In this document: positions 20,912 to 23,905 of the stretch, one piece after another
Layout of the letters: each line of letters starts with the position of its first letter
Position numbering within the stretch: the first letter of the stretch is position 1
DNA from: a virus
UHGV virus genome: UHGV-0095783
DNA: 23,905 bases
Strand: one strand, 5' to 3'
Notes under the pieces: model-generated
What the model was told of the DNA's origin: nothing
Databases searched by the model: none
Seen by the model: only the letters and a program-made list of their open reading frames with translations
Program-made: the position numbers and the translations under genes

Positions 20912-23465
20912 ACCGGTAGGCGATCTGGTCGTTGATTTAAGTCTGGATGCGGCCAGATTTGACGAGCAGATGGCCAGAGTCAGGCGTCATTTTTCCGGTA
21001 CGGAAAGTGATGCGAAAAAAACAGCGGCAGTCGTTGAACAGTCGCTGAGCCGACAGGCGCTGGCTGCACAGAAAGCGGGGATTTCCGTCGGGCAGTATAA
21101 AGCCGCCATGCGTATGCTGCCTGCACAGTTCACCGACGTGGCCACGCAGCTTGCAGGCGGGCAAAGTCCGTGGCTGATCCTGCTGCAACAGGGGGGGCAG
21201 GTGAAGGACTCCTTCGGCGGGATGATCCCCATGTTCAGGGGGCTTGCCGGTGCGATCACCCTGCCGATGGTGGGGGCCACCTCGCTGGCGGTGGCGACCG
21301 GTGCGCTGGCGTATGCCTGGTATCAGGGCAACTCAACCCTGTCCGATTTCAACAAAACGCTGGTCCTTTCCGGCAATCAGGCGGGACTGACGGCAGATCG
21401 TATGCTGGTCCTGTCCAGAGCCGGGCAGGCGGCAGGGCTGACGTTTAACCAGACCAGCGAGTCACTCAGCGCACTGGTTAAGGCGGGGGTAAGCGGTGAG
21501 GCTCAGATTGCGTCCATCAGCCAGAGTGTGGCTCGTTTCTCCTCTGCATCCGGCGTGGAGGTGGACAAGGTCGCTGAAGCCTTCGGGAAGCTGACCACAG
21601 ACCCGACGTCGGGGCTGACGGCGATGGCACGCCAGTTCCATAACGTGACGGCGGAGCAGATTGCGTATGTTGCTCAGTTGCAGCGTTCCGGCGATGAAGC
21701 CGGGGCATTGCAGGCGGCGAACGAGGCCGCAACGAAAGGGTTTGATGACCAGACCCGCCGCCTGAAAGAGAACATGGGCACGCTGGAGACCTGGGCAGAC
21801 AGGACTGCGCGGGCCTTCAAATCCATGTGGGATGCGGTGCTGGATATTGGTCGTCCTGATACCGCGCAGGAGATGCTGATTAAGGCAGAGGCTGCGTTTA
21901 AGAAAGCAGACGACATCTGGAATCTGCGCAAGGATGATTATTTTGTTAACGATGAAGCGCGGGCGCGTTACTGGGATGATCGTGAAAAGGCCCGTCTTGC
22001 GCTTGAAGCCGCCCGAAAGAAGGCTGAGCAGCAGACTCAACAGGACAAAAATGCGCAGCAGCAGAGCGATACCGAAGCGTCACGGCTGAAATATACCGAA
22101 GAGGCGCAGAAGGCTTACAAACGGCTGCAGACGCCGCTGGAGAAATATACCGCCCGTCAGGAAGAACTGAACAAGGCACTGAAAGACGGGAAAATCCTGC
22201 AGGCGGATTACAACACGCTGATGGCGGCGGCGAAAAAGGATTATGAAGCGACGCTGAAAAAGCCGAAACAGTCCGGCGTGAAGGTGTCTGCGGGCGATCG
22301 TCAGGAAGACAGTGCTCATGCTGCCCTGCTGACGCTTCAGGCAGAACTCCGGACGCTGGAGAAGCATGCCGGAGCGAATGAGAAAATCAGCCAGCAGCGC
22401 CGGGATTTGTGGAAGGCGGAGAGTCAGTTCGCGGTACTGGAGGAGGCGGCGCAACGTCGCCAGCTGTCTGCACAGGAGAAATCCCTGCTGGCGCATAAAG
22501 ATGAGACGCTGGAGTACAAACGCCAGCTGGCTGCACTTGGCGACAAGGTTACGTATCAGGAGCGCCTGAACGCGCTGGCGCAGCAGGCGGATAAATTCGC
22601 ACAGCAGCAACGGGCAAAACGGGCCGCCATTGATGCGAAAAGCCGGGGGCTGACTGACCGGCAGGCAGAACGGGAAGCCACGGAACAGCGCCTGAAGGAA
22701 CAGTATGGCGATAATCCGCTGGCGCTGAATAACGTCATGTCAGAGCAGAAAAAGACCTGGGCGGCTGAAGACCAGCTTCGCGGGAGCTGGATGGCAGGCC
22801 TGAAGTCCGGCTGGAGTGAGTGGGAAGAGAGCGCCACGGACAGTATGTCGCAGGTAAAAAGTGCAGCCACGCAGACCTTTGATGGTATTGCACAGAATAT
22901 GGCGGCGATGCTGACCGGCAGTGAGCAGAACTGGCGCAGCTTCACCCGTTCCGTGCTGTCCATGATGACAGAAATTCTGCTTAAGCAGGCAATGGTGGGG
23001 ATTGTCGGGAGTATCGGCAGCGCCATTGGCGGGGCTGTTGGTGGCGGCGCATCCGCGTCAGGCGGTACAGCCATTCAGGCCGCTGCGGCGAAATTCCATT
23101 TTGCAACCGGAGGATTTACGGGAACCGGCGGCAAATATGAGCCAGCGGGGATTGTTCACCGTGGTGAATTTGTCTTCACGAAGGAGGCAACCAGCCGGAT
23201 TGGCGTGGGGAATCTTTACCGGCTGATGCGCGGCTATGCCACCGGCGGTTATGTCGGTACACCGGGCAGCATGGCAGACAGCCGGTCGCAGGCGTCCGGG
23301 ACGTTTGAGCAGAATAACCATGTGGTGATTAACAACGACGGCACGAACGGGCAGATAGGTCCGGCTGCTCTGAAGGCAGTGTATGACATGGCCCGCAAGG
23401 GTGCCCGTGATGAAATTCAGACACAGATGCGTGATGGTGGCCTGTTCTCCGGAGGTGGACGATGA
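20904..23465 (+). CDS. H: tail tape measure protein H
   Basis: 853-aa translation matches lambda gpH as recalled; coiled-coil rich with a Gly-rich C-terminal region. Confidence 0.95.
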   Translation: MAEPVGDLVVDLSLDAARFDEQMARVRRHFSGTESDAKKTAAVVEQSLSRQALAAQKAGISVGQYKAAMRMLPAQFTDVATQLAGGQSPWLILLQQGGQVKDSFGGMIPMFRGLAGAITLPMVGATSLAVATGALAYAWYQGNSTLSDFNKTLVLSGNQAGLTADRMLVLSRAGQAAGLTFNQTSESLSALVKAGVSGEAQIASISQSVARFSSASGVEVDKVAEAFGKLTTDPTSGLTAMARQFHNVTAEQIAYVAQLQRSGDEAGALQAANEAATKGFDDQTRRLKENMGTLETWADRTARAFKSMWDAVLDIGRPDTAQEMLIKAEAAFKKADDIWNLRKDDYFVNDEARARYWDDREKARLALEAARKKAEQQTQQDKNAQQQSDTEASRLKYTEEAQKAYKRLQTPLEKYTARQEELNKALKDGKILQADYNTLMAAAKKDYEATLKKPKQSGVKVSAGDRQEDSAHAALLTLQAELRTLEKHAGANEKISQQRRDLWKAESQFAVLEEAAQRRQLSAQEKSLLAHKDETLEYKRQLAALGDKVTYQERLNALAQQADKFAQQQRAKRAAIDAKSRGLTDRQAEREATEQRLKEQYGDNPLALNNVMSEQKKTWAAEDQLRGSWMAGLKSGWSEWEESATDSMSQVKSAATQTFDGIAQNMAAMLTGSEQNWRSFTRSVLSMMTEILLKQAMVGIVGSIGSAIGGAVGGGASASGGTAIQAAAAKFHFATGGFTGTGGKYEPAGIVHRGEFVFTKEATSRIGVGNLYRLMRGYATGGYVGTPGSMADSRSQASGTFEQNNHVVINNDGTNGQIGPAALKAVYDMARKGARDEIQTQMRDGGLFSGGGR

Positions 23466-23791
23466 AAACCTTCCGCTGGAAAGTGAAACCCGGGATGGAT
23501 GTGACATCGGCTCCTTCCGTCAGGGAGGTGCGCTTTGGTGATGGCTATTCCCAGCGTGCGCCTGCCGGGCTGAACGCTGACCTGAAAACGTACAGCGTGA
23601 CGCTTTCTGTCCCCCGTGAGGAGGCCACGGTACTGGAGTCGTTTCTGGAAGAGCACGGGGGCTGGAAATCCTTTCTGTGGACGCCGCCTTATGAGTGGCG
23701 GCAGATAAAGGTGACCTGCGCAAAATGGTCGTCGCGGGTCAGTATGCTGCGTGTTGAGTTCAGCGCAGAGTTTGAACAGGTGGTGAACTGA
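23462..23791 (+). CDS. M: minor tail protein M
   Basis: 109-aa translation matches lambda gpM as recalled. Confidence 0.9.
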   Translation: MKTFRWKVKPGMDVTSAPSVREVRFGDGYSQRAPAGLNADLKTYSVTLSVPREEATVLESFLEEHGGWKSFLWTPPYEWRQIKVTCAKWSSRVSMLRVEFSAEFEQVVN

Positions 23792-23905
23792 TGCAGGATA
23801 TCCGGCAGGAAACACTGAATGAATGCACCCGTGCGGAGCAGTCGGCCAGCGTGGTGCTCTGGGAAATCGATCTGACAGAGGTCGGTGGTGAACGTTATTT
23901 TTTCT
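23791..23905 (+). CDS. L: minor tail protein L (5' fragment, cut by the window end)
   Basis: ATG at 23791 overlaps the M stop; MQDIRQETLNECTRAEQSASVVLWEIDLTEVGGERYFF matches the lambda gpL N-terminus as recalled. Confidence 0.8.
   Translation, partial: MQDIRQETLNECTRAEQSASVVLWEIDLTEVGGERYFF

Overview
This window is a segment of a lambdoid (lambda-like) enterobacterial prophage, read on the + strand from the end of the early-right operon through the start of the tail genes. In order it contains: a cII-like gene; a non-lambda replication module (O-like initiator with an internal iteron/AT-rich origin, then a DnaB-family helicase); a nin region (ninB, a phage Dam-type methyltransferase in place of ninC/ninD, ninE, ninF, ninG, ninH, ninI phosphatase) preceded by a small Cys-rich ORF; a non-lambda Q-like antiterminator with a candidate late promoter and terminator; a tRNA-like element; the lysis cassette (lambda-type S holin, lysozyme-type endolysin, Rz with embedded Rz1); an accessory locus with a KilA-N-domain two-gene cassette and an AT-rich minus-strand pair (RHH-like small protein + DUF1398-like protein); a complete cos site; and lambda-type packaging, head and tail genes Nu1, A, W, B, C/Nu3, D, E, FI, FII, Z, U, V, G, T (G-T frameshift), H, M and the first 38 codons of L. 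The sequence runs continuously through cos, so this is an integrated or circular form. All homology statements rest on reading the translations and recalling known lambda/P22/E. coli prophage proteins; no database search was run. The candidates most worth follow-up are the KilA-N cassette at the position lambda uses for bor, the RHH+DUF1398 pair next to cos, the tRNA-like element after Q, the small Cys-rich ORF plus Dam methylase in the nin region, and an unannotated 48-aa ORF between cII and the replication gene. None of these can be assigned a function from sequence alone.
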